Shown here: piece by piece, positions 26,198-35,822 of the stretch | Layout: each line of letters opens with the position of its first letter | Numbering within the stretch: the stretch's first letter is position 1 | Source: an uncultured Elusimicrobiales bacterium | GTDB lineage: Bacteria; Elusimicrobiota; Elusimicrobia; Elusimicrobiales; CAZFMJ01 | Length of the DNA: 58,928 bases | Direction of reading: 5' to 3' | NCBI GenBank assembly: GCA_964520045.1 | Contig: CAZFMJ010000007.1 | Coordinates: 1-58,928, forward strand | Notes under the pieces: model-generated | The model's database searches: none | What the model was told of the DNA's origin: nothing | The model's input: the letters and a program-made list of their open reading frames with translations, nothing else | Made by a program: the position numbers and the translations under genes

Positions 26198-26818
26198 ATG
26201 AAAATGTTGATTGCGGCGGTTCTTTTGGCGGGTCTTTTGTCCAGCGCGCAGGCGCAGGATGCCGGAGGAAAACCTCCGGAAAATAAACCTGCTCCGGGCA
26301 TAAGCGGTCAGATGCCTGATGAAATGAAACAGGAATTAACGGATAAGTTCATAGAAGAGCGCAAGCTTGAGCTGGATAAAATGCTTAATGCGCGCGTGGG
26401 TGAAATAGAGAAAGAATATTCAGGGATGCAGACGTTTCAGACTAAGATGAAAGATGACCGCGTGGCTTTTGAAAAGCAGGCGTCTGCCGAAAGAAAGATG
26501 TTTTTGGATTCCCTTAAAGGCATGAAGCCGGAACTGCGCAGGAATTCTTTCCAGTCTTTCAATATGCAGCAGAAGGAAAAACGCAGAATGTTTACCGAAG
26601 GACAGCGTTCAAAGCGCCGGGAATTTTTTGAAAATCTCAAAACCGAGCGTTTGGAAGTCAGACAGGAGTTAAGGCAGGATATCCGCGGGGACAGACAGGA
26701 GTTTAAGCAGGAAATGCGCAATCAGCGGCAGGAGATAAGGCAGGAAATGCTTCAGAAGCGCATGGAAATGCGTCCCAATCCTCCCGCTCCGGAGCAGCAG
26801 AAGGGCGGAGGGAAATAG
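26198..26818 (+). CDS. Hypothetical secreted protein with an R/Q/E-rich periodic C-terminal half
   Basis: Signal peptide MKMLIAAVLLAGLLSSAQA. Repeats RQELRQDIRGDRQEFKQEMRNQRQEIRQEM. Strong RBS AAGGAG. Confidence 0.6.
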   Translation: MKMLIAAVLLAGLLSSAQAQDAGGKPPENKPAPGISGQMPDEMKQELTDKFIEERKLELDKMLNARVGEIEKEYSGMQTFQTKMKDDRVAFEKQASAERKMFLDSLKGMKPELRRNSFQSFNMQQKEKRRMFTEGQRSKRREFFENLKTERLEVRQELRQDIRGDRQEFKQEMRNQRQEIRQEMLQKRMEMRPNPPAPEQQKGGGK

Positions 26819-26850
26819 CTGGGCTGCTGGACGGCTAGACGGCGGAATGA
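26819..26850 (+). repeat. Octamer-type array after a stop codon
   Basis: GCTGGGCTGCTGGACGGCTAGACGGCGG. Confidence 0.7.
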
Positions 26851-26885
26851 GGCCGCAAAAAATAAAATTAAGTAAGGATATAAAA

Positions 26886-26919
26886 AATAGACCCTGATTT
26901 TTCAGGGTCTATTTTTTTG
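26886..26919. terminator. Hairpin plus T-run (A-run on the other side) between convergent genes; possibly a bidirectional terminator
   Basis: AAAAAATAGACCCTGA-TTTT-TCAGGGTCTATTTTTTTG. Confidence 0.75.
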
Positions 26920-26958
26920 TAAATCCTACATTTTTCCGGTTGTGACTTTTTAACGGCC

Positions 26959-27016
26959 GTCCCATTCCTTTCTCAAGGGCTTTGAGAATGGGTCAACTTA
27001 AACTCATTCGAGTTGT
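26959..27016 (+). repeat. REP-like element, copy 8 (second hairpin degenerate)
   Basis: GTCCCATTCCTTTCTCAAGGGCTTTGAGAATGGGTCAACTTAAACTCATTCGAGTTG. Confidence 0.7.
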
Positions 27017-27023
27017 GTGGAGG

Positions 27024-27088
27024 GAAGGATGGTAGCTGTTGTTTTCTTTTACCTTCTACCGTTTACCGTCTTCCGTCTCCCGTCTATT
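27024..27088. repeat. Heptamer arms overlapping the GH20 3' end
   Basis: GAAGGATGGTAGC ... ACCTTCTACCGTTTACCGTCTTCCGTCTCCCGTCTA. Confidence 0.8.
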
Positions 27089-29116
27089 TGCTGCTTTTAT
27101 CAGTTTTTCCACGGCCGCGGCTATCATTAATTCAGCATGGCCGTAAGACTTTTTGGCTTCATCCGCTATCTTTAACCGTTCTCCAACCCATGCGCTTTCG
27201 GCTGATTTTCCAGAAGCGATGAAATCCAAAGCTTCAAGCCCCGCCTGCGATATCTTTGAAAGATTAACGGACAGCGGTTCTATTTCCTTCAATATCGGCG
27301 AGTTCTTGATCGTATCCTGAAGCCTGGCGTGATTATCTTTCCATGCGGAAAGGCGCGCTTTCAGGCTTTCCAGAAGAGCCGCATCTCCGGCAAGATATGC
27401 GTCCGCGTCCCTGCGGAAATTTCTGGCCGCCGCCGCGTCGGGCCGGCAGGCGTCCGCAAAGCGGGTGTAAGGCGAAAGGGAGTTATACATTCCCGAAAAA
27501 TGCCTGTCGTAAATTTTAATGGGCTCCGAGACATCCGCCAGAATTTTCAGCGCAGCTATGTCCCTGCCGGCTGAAAGTCTTCTGAGCATCATCTCGTAAT
27601 TTTTTTCATGGGTAAGGCCCAGTTCTTCCAGTTTCAGGCTTACGGTATCCAGCCGCTTATACATGTCTTCGATATCATTCATCTGCTCCGGCGACCAAAG
27701 CCGTTCCGCTATGGCGGCCGTGCGCGGCCAGATGCGCGAGTCTATGTTTTCAGGAGTGACAAGCTCCGACCACATGGTCGCTTCTCCTCCGAGAATTCTC
27801 TTTTTCTCCTCGTCGCTGAGTTTTAGTTCGGGGGTAAGCGGATCGGTCAAATAATGAAAATCGGTGGGCTGGACAAGGTCTATGTAATATCCGGTTGAAA
27901 GCAGACCCATATATCCCTTTTTGGCCGCGTCAGCCAGGAACTCTTTGCCCCGATATGACTGTATCACTATGTTTTTGGGCACATCCGGATGGAGGATATC
28001 GTCCCAACCTACCATTTTCCTGCCGTGGCCGGTCAGTATTTTGGCAATTTTGCTGTTGAAATACGCCTGAAGGCCGCTGTTGTCCTTAATGGAATTCTTC
28101 TTCATGAATTCCTGTATGGACTTATTGTTCGTCCAATGCAGGCCGGTCACTTCGTCTCCGCCTATGTGCAGGTATTCGTCGGGAAACAATCCCGCCATCT
28201 CTCCTAAAAATTTGTCCAGAAATTTATATACATTATTGTCGGTGGGGTTCATGGTGGGATCGGCTTTTATCCATCTGCGTTCCATGCCGTAAGGGCCGGG
28301 AGCGCTGGCAAGCTCCGGATACCCTATGAACCAGCTCGAGGTGTGTCCGGGGACGTCGAATTCCGGCACGACCCTTATTCCCAGTTCATCCGCGTATTTT
28401 ATGATGTCTTTTATCTGCTCCTGCGTGTAATAAAGGCCGTCTGACCCCAATTCGTGAAGTTTTGGAAATTTTTTGCTTTCAATGCGGAAGGCCTGGTCTT
28501 CGGTAAGGTGCCAGTGCAGAACATTAAGTTTAACCGCCGCCATTGCGTCGAGGTTGCGTTTAATAACGTCAAGGGGAAGGAAATGCCTGCAGGAGTCGAT
28601 AAGCAGTCCGCGCCACGCGAACCTCGGCTTGTCGAGTATTTCGACCACCGGGAAATAGTAGCCGTTTTCATCCCCGTTTAGAAGCTGGAGCAGCGTTTCA
28701 ATTCCGCGTACCGCTCCGATGTCGGTTACGGCGGAGAGTTCGATGTTATCAAGAGTTATTTTCAGCGAATAAGATTCGTCTTCGCCGAGCGCAACTTTTC
28801 CGTGCCGCGTTACTTTAATGAGCATTTGAGGCGCGCTGTTTTTATCTTCCGGTGTAACAAACCGCTGTTTTATAAAAAGGCCTGTTTTATCGTCAAGCCG
28901 TTTGAGCATCCTTGAGGCCTGCGAATAAAGCCGTTTGCCGGCTTCTCCCTGAACAGTCACCGTAAAAGAGCTTGTGACCGCGAATCTGCCGTCCATGGCC
29001 GTGAGGCTTTCGGGATACGGCATAAGATTATAAACAGTCGGACCTGCATGGCTGTTTATGCCCAAAAATACCGTTAAAACTGCGGCTGTCAGTAATTTGT
29101 TTATATTGTTTTTCAT
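27056..29116 (-). CDS. GH20 beta-N-acetylhexosaminidase
   Basis: PRFAWRGLLIDSCRHFLP and HIGGDEV catalytic region. I prefer the start at MKNNINKLL (29116), which has an upstream AAAGGGGA. The last ~12 aa are read from the heptamer array. Confidence 0.9.
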   Translation of the reverse strand: MKNNINKLLTAAVLTVFLGINSHAGPTVYNLMPYPESLTAMDGRFAVTSSFTVTVQGEAGKRLYSQASRMLKRLDDKTGLFIKQRFVTPEDKNSAPQMLIKVTRHGKVALGEDESYSLKITLDNIELSAVTDIGAVRGIETLLQLLNGDENGYYFPVVEILDKPRFAWRGLLIDSCRHFLPLDVIKRNLDAMAAVKLNVLHWHLTEDQAFRIESKKFPKLHELGSDGLYYTQEQIKDIIKYADELGIRVVPEFDVPGHTSSWFIGYPELASAPGPYGMERRWIKADPTMNPTDNNVYKFLDKFLGEMAGLFPDEYLHIGGDEVTGLHWTNNKSIQEFMKKNSIKDNSGLQAYFNSKIAKILTGHGRKMVGWDDILHPDVPKNIVIQSYRGKEFLADAAKKGYMGLLSTGYYIDLVQPTDFHYLTDPLTPELKLSDEEKKRILGGEATMWSELVTPENIDSRIWPRTAAIAERLWSPEQMNDIEDMYKRLDTVSLKLEELGLTHEKNYEMMLRRLSAGRDIAALKILADVSEPIKIYDRHFSGMYNSLSPYTRFADACRPDAAAARNFRRDADAYLAGDAALLESLKARLSAWKDNHARLQDTIKNSPILKEIEPLSVNLSKISQAGLEALDFIASGKSAESAWVGERLKIADEAKKSYGHAELMIAAAVEKLIKAANRRETEDGKR

Positions 29117-29212
29117 GGTATCCCCTTTGGAAATATAAATAGTCAACTATCTGATAAATATATAAAAAAAACATGTAAAAGCAAAGGAATTAAAGGGAAA
29201 TGATATAATATA

Positions 29213-29238
29213 TTGGTCCTATATAGAAGTAGGTCCAA
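29213..29238. promoter_or_regulatory. Imperfect palindrome (candidate operator) in the GH20/GH18 divergent promoter region, just downstream of a TATAAT box
   Basis: TTGGTCCTA-N8-TAGGTCCAA. GATATAAT lies at 29201-29208 (TATAAT at 29203-29208). Confidence 0.35.
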
Positions 29239-29353
29239 TGTCGTTTCTGAAATAGGACTTAAGGCACCTGTTTGTGTCCCAAAAATACGCAAGAATAATA
29301 TCAGGCGGATACAAATAAATGTAGGAACAGCTGTGTAATGCAGTGTGGCGTGA

Positions 29354-30358
29354 ATGAATAAAAAAATTGCAGCTAGTTTTGCTTTCGTAGTTTTGGCCGG
29401 GTTGATTTTTTCTGCGGCGGATGTGTCCTGTAAAATAAATAATACAAATCTTTTCGGGCCGGTCAAGGGAAGGCGCCAGATAGCTTCGTGGATCATTTAT
29501 AACGGCCCCGATACCATCAACGATATCTCCGCTCATGCCGGCGTTCTTTCTTCAGTGAGTATTTTCGGCAGGCCCACAAAAGAATTTATTGAGCAGTGCG
29601 CCGGGCTCAATGTGGAAACGTATCTCGCTGTCGGGGGAGATGAATCCGCGTTCGATACTCCCGAAAATGCGGAATCCAGTATCGAAGGGTATATCCGGAC
29701 AGCAAAAGAACTCGGGGTAGCCGGAATTGACATGGATTTTGAGCAATTAGACCCGAAATACCAAAAAAGTTTTTCTTCGTTTTTAAGGGATGCTTCCGCG
29801 AGACTTCATAAGGCGGGGAAAAAACTCAGCATATGCGTGGGATATTTTCCTAATATCCCGCCCATGAATAAGCCGTATTTTTATGATCCCAAAGTAGTGG
29901 GGGAAACCTGCGATATTGTGCGGGTTATGTGCTATGACATGCACTGGGCGGGCGGATATACCGGGAAAATGGGGCCCACGAGCACAAAGCCCTGGGCGAA
30001 AGAGGCGATGGGGTGGTGGCAGAGGACCGTGCCGGGGCATAAACTTGTAATGGGACTGCCCGCATACGGCAATGATTATAATTTAAATACAGGCAAGGCG
30101 GAGCAGATCTATCTGCCTGCTCCGGTTATAAAAGGCAAATTGATAAGGAAAGAATGGATGCCGTATGAGGCGCTGAACTCTTATCACTATACCGATGAAA
30201 AAGGAATTCCGCACATGTTTTTCGCAAGCGATTCCGCCAGCACTTCCGCCCACCTTGAGACCGTAGACGATTTGGATATTCCAGCCGTAGGTTTCTGGAC
30301 TCACCACAGCGTAGGCTCCGATACATGGAAAGTCATACGCAAATGGCTTGCAAAATAA
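29354..30358 (+). CDS. GH18 family glycosyl hydrolase-like protein
   Basis: GIDMDFEQL matches the GH18 DxxDxDxE motif. Has a signal peptide. Divergent from the GH20 gene. Confidence 0.7.
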   Translation: MNKKIAASFAFVVLAGLIFSAADVSCKINNTNLFGPVKGRRQIASWIIYNGPDTINDISAHAGVLSSVSIFGRPTKEFIEQCAGLNVETYLAVGGDESAFDTPENAESSIEGYIRTAKELGVAGIDMDFEQLDPKYQKSFSSFLRDASARLHKAGKKLSICVGYFPNIPPMNKPYFYDPKVVGETCDIVRVMCYDMHWAGGYTGKMGPTSTKPWAKEAMGWWQRTVPGHKLVMGLPAYGNDYNLNTGKAEQIYLPAPVIKGKLIRKEWMPYEALNSYHYTDEKGIPHMFFASDSASTSAHLETVDDLDIPAVGFWTHHSVGSDTWKVIRKWLAK

Positions 30359-30378
30359 AATAACCGAAGGAGAAATTT

Positions 30379-32721
30379 ATGCGTTTAACGAGAACAATAG
30401 CAGCGGCATTATTCTTTTTACCTGTAATTTGTTTGCCTGCTTATCCGCAGAAAAACGTTTCAATCCCGGATTATAAAAATCCCAAACTTTCTGCCGAAAA
30501 AAGAACAGCCGACCTGCTGAAAAAAATGACGCTTGAAGAAAAAGCCGCCCAGACCCAGGCGCTTTGGCAGATGAAAAAACTCATAATGGACGACAAGGGC
30601 GATTTTTCCGTCGAAAAGGCTACGGAAGTTCTAAAATACGGCATAGGCCAGATTACGCGGGCAAATGAAAAGAAAAGCGGTCCCAAAGAAGGCGCTGTCT
30701 TTGCCAATGACATACAGAGGTTTCTTGTCGAGAAGACGCGGCTGGGCATACCCGCGATGGTTCATGAAGAGGCGTTGCACGGGCATATGTCAAAAAAGGG
30801 AACAAGTTTTCCGCAGGCGATCGCTCTTGCCGGAACTTGGGAGCCGGAGCTTCTTGAAAGGGTGTTTTCCGCTGTGGCCCAGGAATTGCGCGCAAGGGGA
30901 GCCCAGCAGGTGCTTGCCCCCGTGCTTGATGTGGCGCGCGACGCCCGCTGGGGCAGGGTGGAGGAGACATACGGCGAGGACCCATACCTTGTTTCAAGGA
31001 TGGGGGTCGCGTGCATAAGGGGGTATCAGGGAACAGGGCCTGTCATAGACTCAAAGCATGTTATAGCCACCGTAAAGCATTTTGCGGCTCACGGCCAGCC
31101 TGAGGCGGGGGTTAATATCGCTCCCGCAAATTATTCTGAAAGAATTATACGGGAAGTTTTCCTCGCTCCGTTTAAGTCTGCTGTAACCGAGGCAGGAGTT
31201 TTAAGTTTAATGGCCTCCTACAATGAGATAAACGGGATGCCTTCTCACGCCAATAAATGGCTTCTGGACTCGGTATTAAGGAAGGAATGGGGGTTTAAGG
31301 GGTTCGTGGTGGCTGATTATAACGGCATAAATGAACTTTGTGAAATTCATAAAATCGCAGCCGACAAAGAGGAAGCCGCAAAAAAGGCTCTTGAAGCCGG
31401 AGTTGATATCGAGCTTCCGGACATAACGGTCTACCAGACTTTGGTTCAGCAGATTAAGGAAGGAAAAATCTCTGAGTCCGTTTTGGATAAGACGGTTTCA
31501 AGAATTCTTTACGCCAAGTTTTTGACCGGCCTTTTTGAAAATCCCTATGTCGATCCTGAATATGCGGAGAAAATAACGAACAGCCCCGGGCATCAGGCTT
31601 TGGCTCTTGAGGCGGCCAAAAAAGCGATTGTCCTTCTTAAAAACAAAAACAATCTGCTTCCGCTTGATATCAATAAAATCGGCTCAATAGCCGTAATGGG
31701 GCCGAATGCGGAGGGCTGTCATCTGGGCGAATACAGCGACGACCCCGGCAGATGCGTTTCGGTGCTTGACGGAATAAAGGTAAAGGCGGGGAATAAAATA
31801 AAAGTCAATTATGCGGAGGGTTCAAGAATAACTGAAGGCGATTCGGATTGGCGGGGCTGGTACCTTGACGAAGTAAAATTGAGCGGTGCCGCGGAGAATG
31901 AAAGAAGGATAGCGGAGGCGGTTGAAACCGCCAAAGCAAGCGATGCGGTTTTGCTTGTGCTCGGAGAAAATGAAAAAACTTCAAGGGAAGCATGGGGCGC
32001 TGAGCATCTTGGAGACAGGGACAGCCTTGAGCTTCTGGGAATGCAGAATGAGCTTGTAAAAGCGGTGCTTGGGACGGGCAAGCCGGTGATAGCGCTTATT
32101 TTAGGGGGAAGGCCGCTTTCAATAAACTATATTGCGGAAAATGTCCCTGCAATTTTAGAGGGCTGGTTTTTGGGGCAGGAGGGGGGGACTGCCGTTGCTG
32201 ATGTGATTTTCGGGGATTATAATCCCGGCGGAAAGCTTACTATTACTTTTCCGCGTTCAGTCGGCCAGATCCCCGTATTTTACAATCATAAGCCGAGCGC
32301 AAAGCGGGGCTATTTATTAGCCGATAAGTCTCCGCTTTTTTCTTTCGGGTACGGGCTTAGTTATACAACTTTTAAAATAGACAATCTAAGGCTTTCAAAA
32401 TCACGGATAAAAGCGGATGAGAAAACCGTTCTTAAAGTTGATGTTGCGAACACCGGCGCCAGAAAAGGCGATGAAGTGGTTCAGATGTATATCAGGGATA
32501 AAGTGAGTTCCGTAACAAGGCCGGTGAAAGAATTAAAAGGATTTAAGCGCGTGACTCTCGAGCCGGGGCGGACGCAGACCGTGGAATTTAACATTACGCC
32601 GGATACGCTGTCTTTCCTTGATGAAAATATGAAGGAGACCGTAGAGCCTGGCGCGTTTGACATTATGGCCGGCCCGAATTCGGTCGACCTGCAGACGGTA
32701 TCTCTTGAAGTGGTGAAATAG
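30379..32721 (+). CDS. bglX: GH3 beta-glucosidase-type glycoside hydrolase
   Basis: 780 aa. VKHFAAHGQPEAG and GFVVADYNG (nucleophile Asp region). C-terminal fibronectin-like domain. Has a signal peptide. Confidence 0.88.
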   Translation: MRLTRTIAAALFFLPVICLPAYPQKNVSIPDYKNPKLSAEKRTADLLKKMTLEEKAAQTQALWQMKKLIMDDKGDFSVEKATEVLKYGIGQITRANEKKSGPKEGAVFANDIQRFLVEKTRLGIPAMVHEEALHGHMSKKGTSFPQAIALAGTWEPELLERVFSAVAQELRARGAQQVLAPVLDVARDARWGRVEETYGEDPYLVSRMGVACIRGYQGTGPVIDSKHVIATVKHFAAHGQPEAGVNIAPANYSERIIREVFLAPFKSAVTEAGVLSLMASYNEINGMPSHANKWLLDSVLRKEWGFKGFVVADYNGINELCEIHKIAADKEEAAKKALEAGVDIELPDITVYQTLVQQIKEGKISESVLDKTVSRILYAKFLTGLFENPYVDPEYAEKITNSPGHQALALEAAKKAIVLLKNKNNLLPLDINKIGSIAVMGPNAEGCHLGEYSDDPGRCVSVLDGIKVKAGNKIKVNYAEGSRITEGDSDWRGWYLDEVKLSGAAENERRIAEAVETAKASDAVLLVLGENEKTSREAWGAEHLGDRDSLELLGMQNELVKAVLGTGKPVIALILGGRPLSINYIAENVPAILEGWFLGQEGGTAVADVIFGDYNPGGKLTITFPRSVGQIPVFYNHKPSAKRGYLLADKSPLFSFGYGLSYTTFKIDNLRLSKSRIKADEKTVLKVDVANTGARKGDEVVQMYIRDKVSSVTRPVKELKGFKRVTLEPGRTQTVEFNITPDTLSFLDENMKETVEPGAFDIMAGPNSVDLQTVSLEVVK

Positions 32722-34287
32722 ATTCCTACATTTTAGCGGCGGTTGAAAAGGGATCGTCCTTATTCTTTTTGATACGGCGAGATAGGTTTTTTTGAAGGTT
32801 TTATAAATTTCTTTATTTTCTTTTGACGGTTTTGTCAGGTTTTTTTCGTCAAATTCAATGAACTGGTTTACAAAATCAGAAACGGTCTTTTTGCAGGTTT
32901 TCTTATTGTCCGTCCACGCGGCGTGAATAGCCGCGCCCAATGCCGCGCCCTCGCCTTTGACCGGGATAACGTCGGCCTCAAAAATATCCGCTATGGTCCG
33001 TCGCCATTCCGGAGATTTCGACATTCCGCCCGTAAGATGTATCACGTCCGCTTTTATCGGGAATTTTGTATAGCCTTCATACAGATTCATCACATGGCCT
33101 TCAAGCACGGCCCGGCATAAGATCTCTTTCGTGAAATCGCCAAGGCCGAATCCGAAAAACATTGGGCGTGCATGGGGCAGGTTCGGCGTTCTTTCGCCGA
33201 TAAACCACGGCAGAAGGATCTTTCCGGAATTTCCGGGCTTGGTTTTCCGGATAATCCCTGCAAATTTCTCATGGCTTAATTTATATCTATTGATAATTTC
33301 GTTATAGCCGTTTGCGAGATTTGAAACGCACAAAAGCGGAAGATAATTTCCCGTGGAATCGCAGTAAGAGGCTATTTCCCCGTCTTCGCTTATATAAGGT
33401 CTTTTCAGGAATGTGCAGGCTGTTCCGCTTGTGCCGAGGCTTATCGTGACAATCCCTTCTTTCGCGTTTCCCGTGCCCAGCGCCCCGTACATGTTGTCGC
33501 CGGAACCCGCGTCTATCATGCAGTCCGGCGAAAACCCGTATTTTGCGCAAAGCTCAGGGGATATTCTGCCTATGAATTCATCCGCCGGTTTTACGGGGGG
33601 GAGTTTTTTAATTAAATCCCCGCTTATGGCATTGCACACATTTTTTGCCCATGTCTTTTTTATGGGGTTCCACAGAGCCATGCCTGAAACATCCCCGGGC
33701 TCCATAACACGCACCCCTGAATTTTTACCGCCGGTCAAAAACCAGTTTATGTAATTATGCACCAGAAAAAGCGCCGAGGTTTTTGCAAAAGCTTTGGGCT
33801 CATGTTTTTTGAAATGGAGTATTTTGCCCGCGGTATAGCCGGGTTTCTGGGTGTTGAGCGCCGCTTTGAGCATTTTTTCTTTTCCGCCGACGGCATCCGT
33901 AAGCTCTTCGCATTCTTTGACGGTGCTGACGTCATTCCAGAGCTTGCTGGTTTTGCGGGTGAGATTTCCTTCTTTGTCCAGACATACGAGCCCGTGCTGT
34001 TGGCCTGAGACTGATATGGCTTTTATTTTTGCCGGGTCAAATCCAGAACCCTTGAGCCGTTTGAAAAGGATGTAGAGGGCGTCAAGCCACATCTGCGGGT
34101 CTGATTCCGATACTCCTGTCCCAAGACCTTTAATAACGCCGTTTAAGGTGCTGTATTCCAGCAGGTCCTTGTCGTAATTAACCGCGGTGGTAAACACAGG
34201 CTTTTGAAGGCAATAATCCAAAAGCACAAGTTTGGCTCCCTGCGTTGAAACATCAAGTCCCAGATAGTAAGAAATGTTTTTTATCAT
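32533..34287 (-). CDS. xylB: FGGY-family carbohydrate kinase (xylulokinase-like) with an unusual ~75-aa basic C-terminal extension
   Basis: YYLGLDVSTQGAKLVLLD, ISLGTSGTACT and HLTGGMSKSPEWRRTIADIF. Kinase homology ends near ...YLAVSKRIR. The ORF then continues 189 nt antisense into bglX. Confidence 0.8.
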   Translation of the reverse strand: MIKNISYYLGLDVSTQGAKLVLLDYCLQKPVFTTAVNYDKDLLEYSTLNGVIKGLGTGVSESDPQMWLDALYILFKRLKGSGFDPAKIKAISVSGQQHGLVCLDKEGNLTRKTSKLWNDVSTVKECEELTDAVGGKEKMLKAALNTQKPGYTAGKILHFKKHEPKAFAKTSALFLVHNYINWFLTGGKNSGVRVMEPGDVSGMALWNPIKKTWAKNVCNAISGDLIKKLPPVKPADEFIGRISPELCAKYGFSPDCMIDAGSGDNMYGALGTGNAKEGIVTISLGTSGTACTFLKRPYISEDGEIASYCDSTGNYLPLLCVSNLANGYNEIINRYKLSHEKFAGIIRKTKPGNSGKILLPWFIGERTPNLPHARPMFFGFGLGDFTKEILCRAVLEGHVMNLYEGYTKFPIKADVIHLTGGMSKSPEWRRTIADIFEADVIPVKGEGAALGAAIHAAWTDNKKTCKKTVSDFVNQFIEFDEKNLTKPSKENKEIYKTFKKTYLAVSKRIRTIPFQPPLKCRNLFHHFKRYRLQVDRIRAGHNVKRARLYGLLHIFIKERQRIRRNVKFHGLRPPRLESHALKSF

Positions 34288-34300
34288 GTTTTTTTTTATT

Positions 34301-34332
34301 CCAGTAGACAGTAGATAACAGATAGTATATAG
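34301..34332 (+). repeat. Heptamer array upstream of the minus-strand kinase gene; it reads as the pyrimidine version on the coding strand
   Basis: CCAGTAGACAGTAGATAACAGATAGTATATAG. Confidence 0.75.
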
Positions 34333-34571
34333 GACAAAATAGTAATAATTTTATTCAGCGATAAGCGATAAGTTGTAAGTGATAAGTTTTAACGGCGACC
34401 TATATCTCCAGTTCACCGGACTGGTGTTCTCTTAATATCCGTTTCCCGTTTTCCAATAAATGGTGTCTGTCCCTATTTATAATATATAAACTATATGTAA
34501 AAATAACGACGGAGAAGATATATTCGCATTGTTGAGCTATATGTAAGTTTCTAATTGAGCATGTAATGATT

Positions 34572-35678
34572 TCACCATTGCTGTATGAGGATTTTTTCAA
34601 GTTTTCCGCGGTTTTTGTTGGGATTTAAGTGGCATTCCATGATGTCTTCATGCGGAAATTTAGCTATTTTCGCTTTGAGTTTGTGCAGGGCCTGCATGTT
34701 TATTTCAATGCAGGTTTCCGCCGGTATGTTTTCGGGGAAGATGTCTATGCCGTAATAGCCTTCATAGGCCATAGCCCAGAGAGAATAATAAAGAGCCATG
34801 GCTTCATGGGGGTTTACAACTCCGATATTGTTGTCCTGATCGTAATTGCCGTCCGGCTGGGAATTCCAATGAGTGTGGGCGAGCCGTCCCTCCATTCCGC
34901 AGAGGCTGTATGAGGCGGGCAGGATTTCAAATCCCATTTTGGCGTGGCCTATTTCCGGGTTCATTGCCACGAGCGCTTTTCCCTCTTTTAAGATTTTTAT
35001 GTTCGCCGGATTTTTAAGCTTTTCTTCCACCCTTTTTGCGGCAAGCAGTCCTTCGGCGGTGTTTCTGTAGATGTTGTTGGGGGCCGGTTCGTAAGGTTTC
35101 GGCTCTATGGCTATCATCACGCCCGGAACTTCATCCATCGCCTCCGCCATGGCGGTTTCAAAAATATCCCACATGTGCATAAATGGTTTTCCGTGCATGT
35201 ATCTGTACCCGTCTATGCCGGGCCACGAGATGGCGCATCTTGCCCCTAATTCTTTTACGAGCTTCAGGCCTTCGACCGCTATTTCTTTGGCTCTTTTGCG
35301 CGACTCTTCTATCGGGTTGGAAAGGCCGCCGAACTCAAATACGCTTTCGTAAAAGTGGGAAAACGGCACGGCCGCCACTTTTATGCCGGATTGTTTTTCA
35401 AGCTGTTTATAGAGGTGTATGTTGTCGCAATTTATTTCTTTTGGATAATGCGCCTCTATTCCAGTGACGCCGAGTTTGGCCATTTTTACGGCCATTTCCA
35501 TGCGTTCTTCGATCGTAGTGTCTTCAACATAGCGTTCGTGGAACCTTCCGCCTCCGGGCGTGAAATACCATATGCCCACGGACGCTTTTATCTCATAATC
35601 CTTTTTCAGGTTTTTAAGCATTACGTCGGGATTTACGGTTTTTTTCTGATATCTCAGGTCAGGCAGTATATAGCTCAT
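34572..35678 (-). CDS. Xylose isomerase-like TIM-barrel sugar isomerase
   Basis: 368 aa. IAIEPKPYEPAPN matches the xylose-isomerase EPKPxEP motif. Sits between the kinase and the xyl ABC transporter genes. Confidence 0.65.
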   Translation of the reverse strand: MSYILPDLRYQKKTVNPDVMLKNLKKDYEIKASVGIWYFTPGGGRFHERYVEDTTIEERMEMAVKMAKLGVTGIEAHYPKEINCDNIHLYKQLEKQSGIKVAAVPFSHFYESVFEFGGLSNPIEESRKRAKEIAVEGLKLVKELGARCAISWPGIDGYRYMHGKPFMHMWDIFETAMAEAMDEVPGVMIAIEPKPYEPAPNNIYRNTAEGLLAAKRVEEKLKNPANIKILKEGKALVAMNPEIGHAKMGFEILPASYSLCGMEGRLAHTHWNSQPDGNYDQDNNIGVVNPHEAMALYYSLWAMAYEGYYGIDIFPENIPAETCIEINMQALHKLKAKIAKFPHEDIMECHLNPNKNRGKLEKILIQQW

Positions 35679-35718
35679 GATTTATCTCCTATTTTTTTAT
35701 ACATTACCGGTTACTACC

Positions 35719-35746
35719 CGGGTAGACAGAATTCAGGAGTCAGAAT
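35719..35746 (+). repeat. GAATTC-type repeat upstream of the minus-strand isomerase gene
   Basis: GGGTAGACAGAATTCAGGAGTCAGAAT. Confidence 0.7.
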
Positions 35747-35822
35747 AGCTTATCCAAACTCACTTGCAAAATTTGGGCTAATTTTTTGTGTTTCTTGAAT
35801 CAACCCATACGGCCGATAATAA

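Noticed and set aside
26198-26818. The R/Q/E-rich periodic secreted protein as a CpxP/Spy-like chaperone.
   Set aside because: No LTxxQ motifs are visible. The periodicity alone is insufficient, so it is kept as hypothetical.
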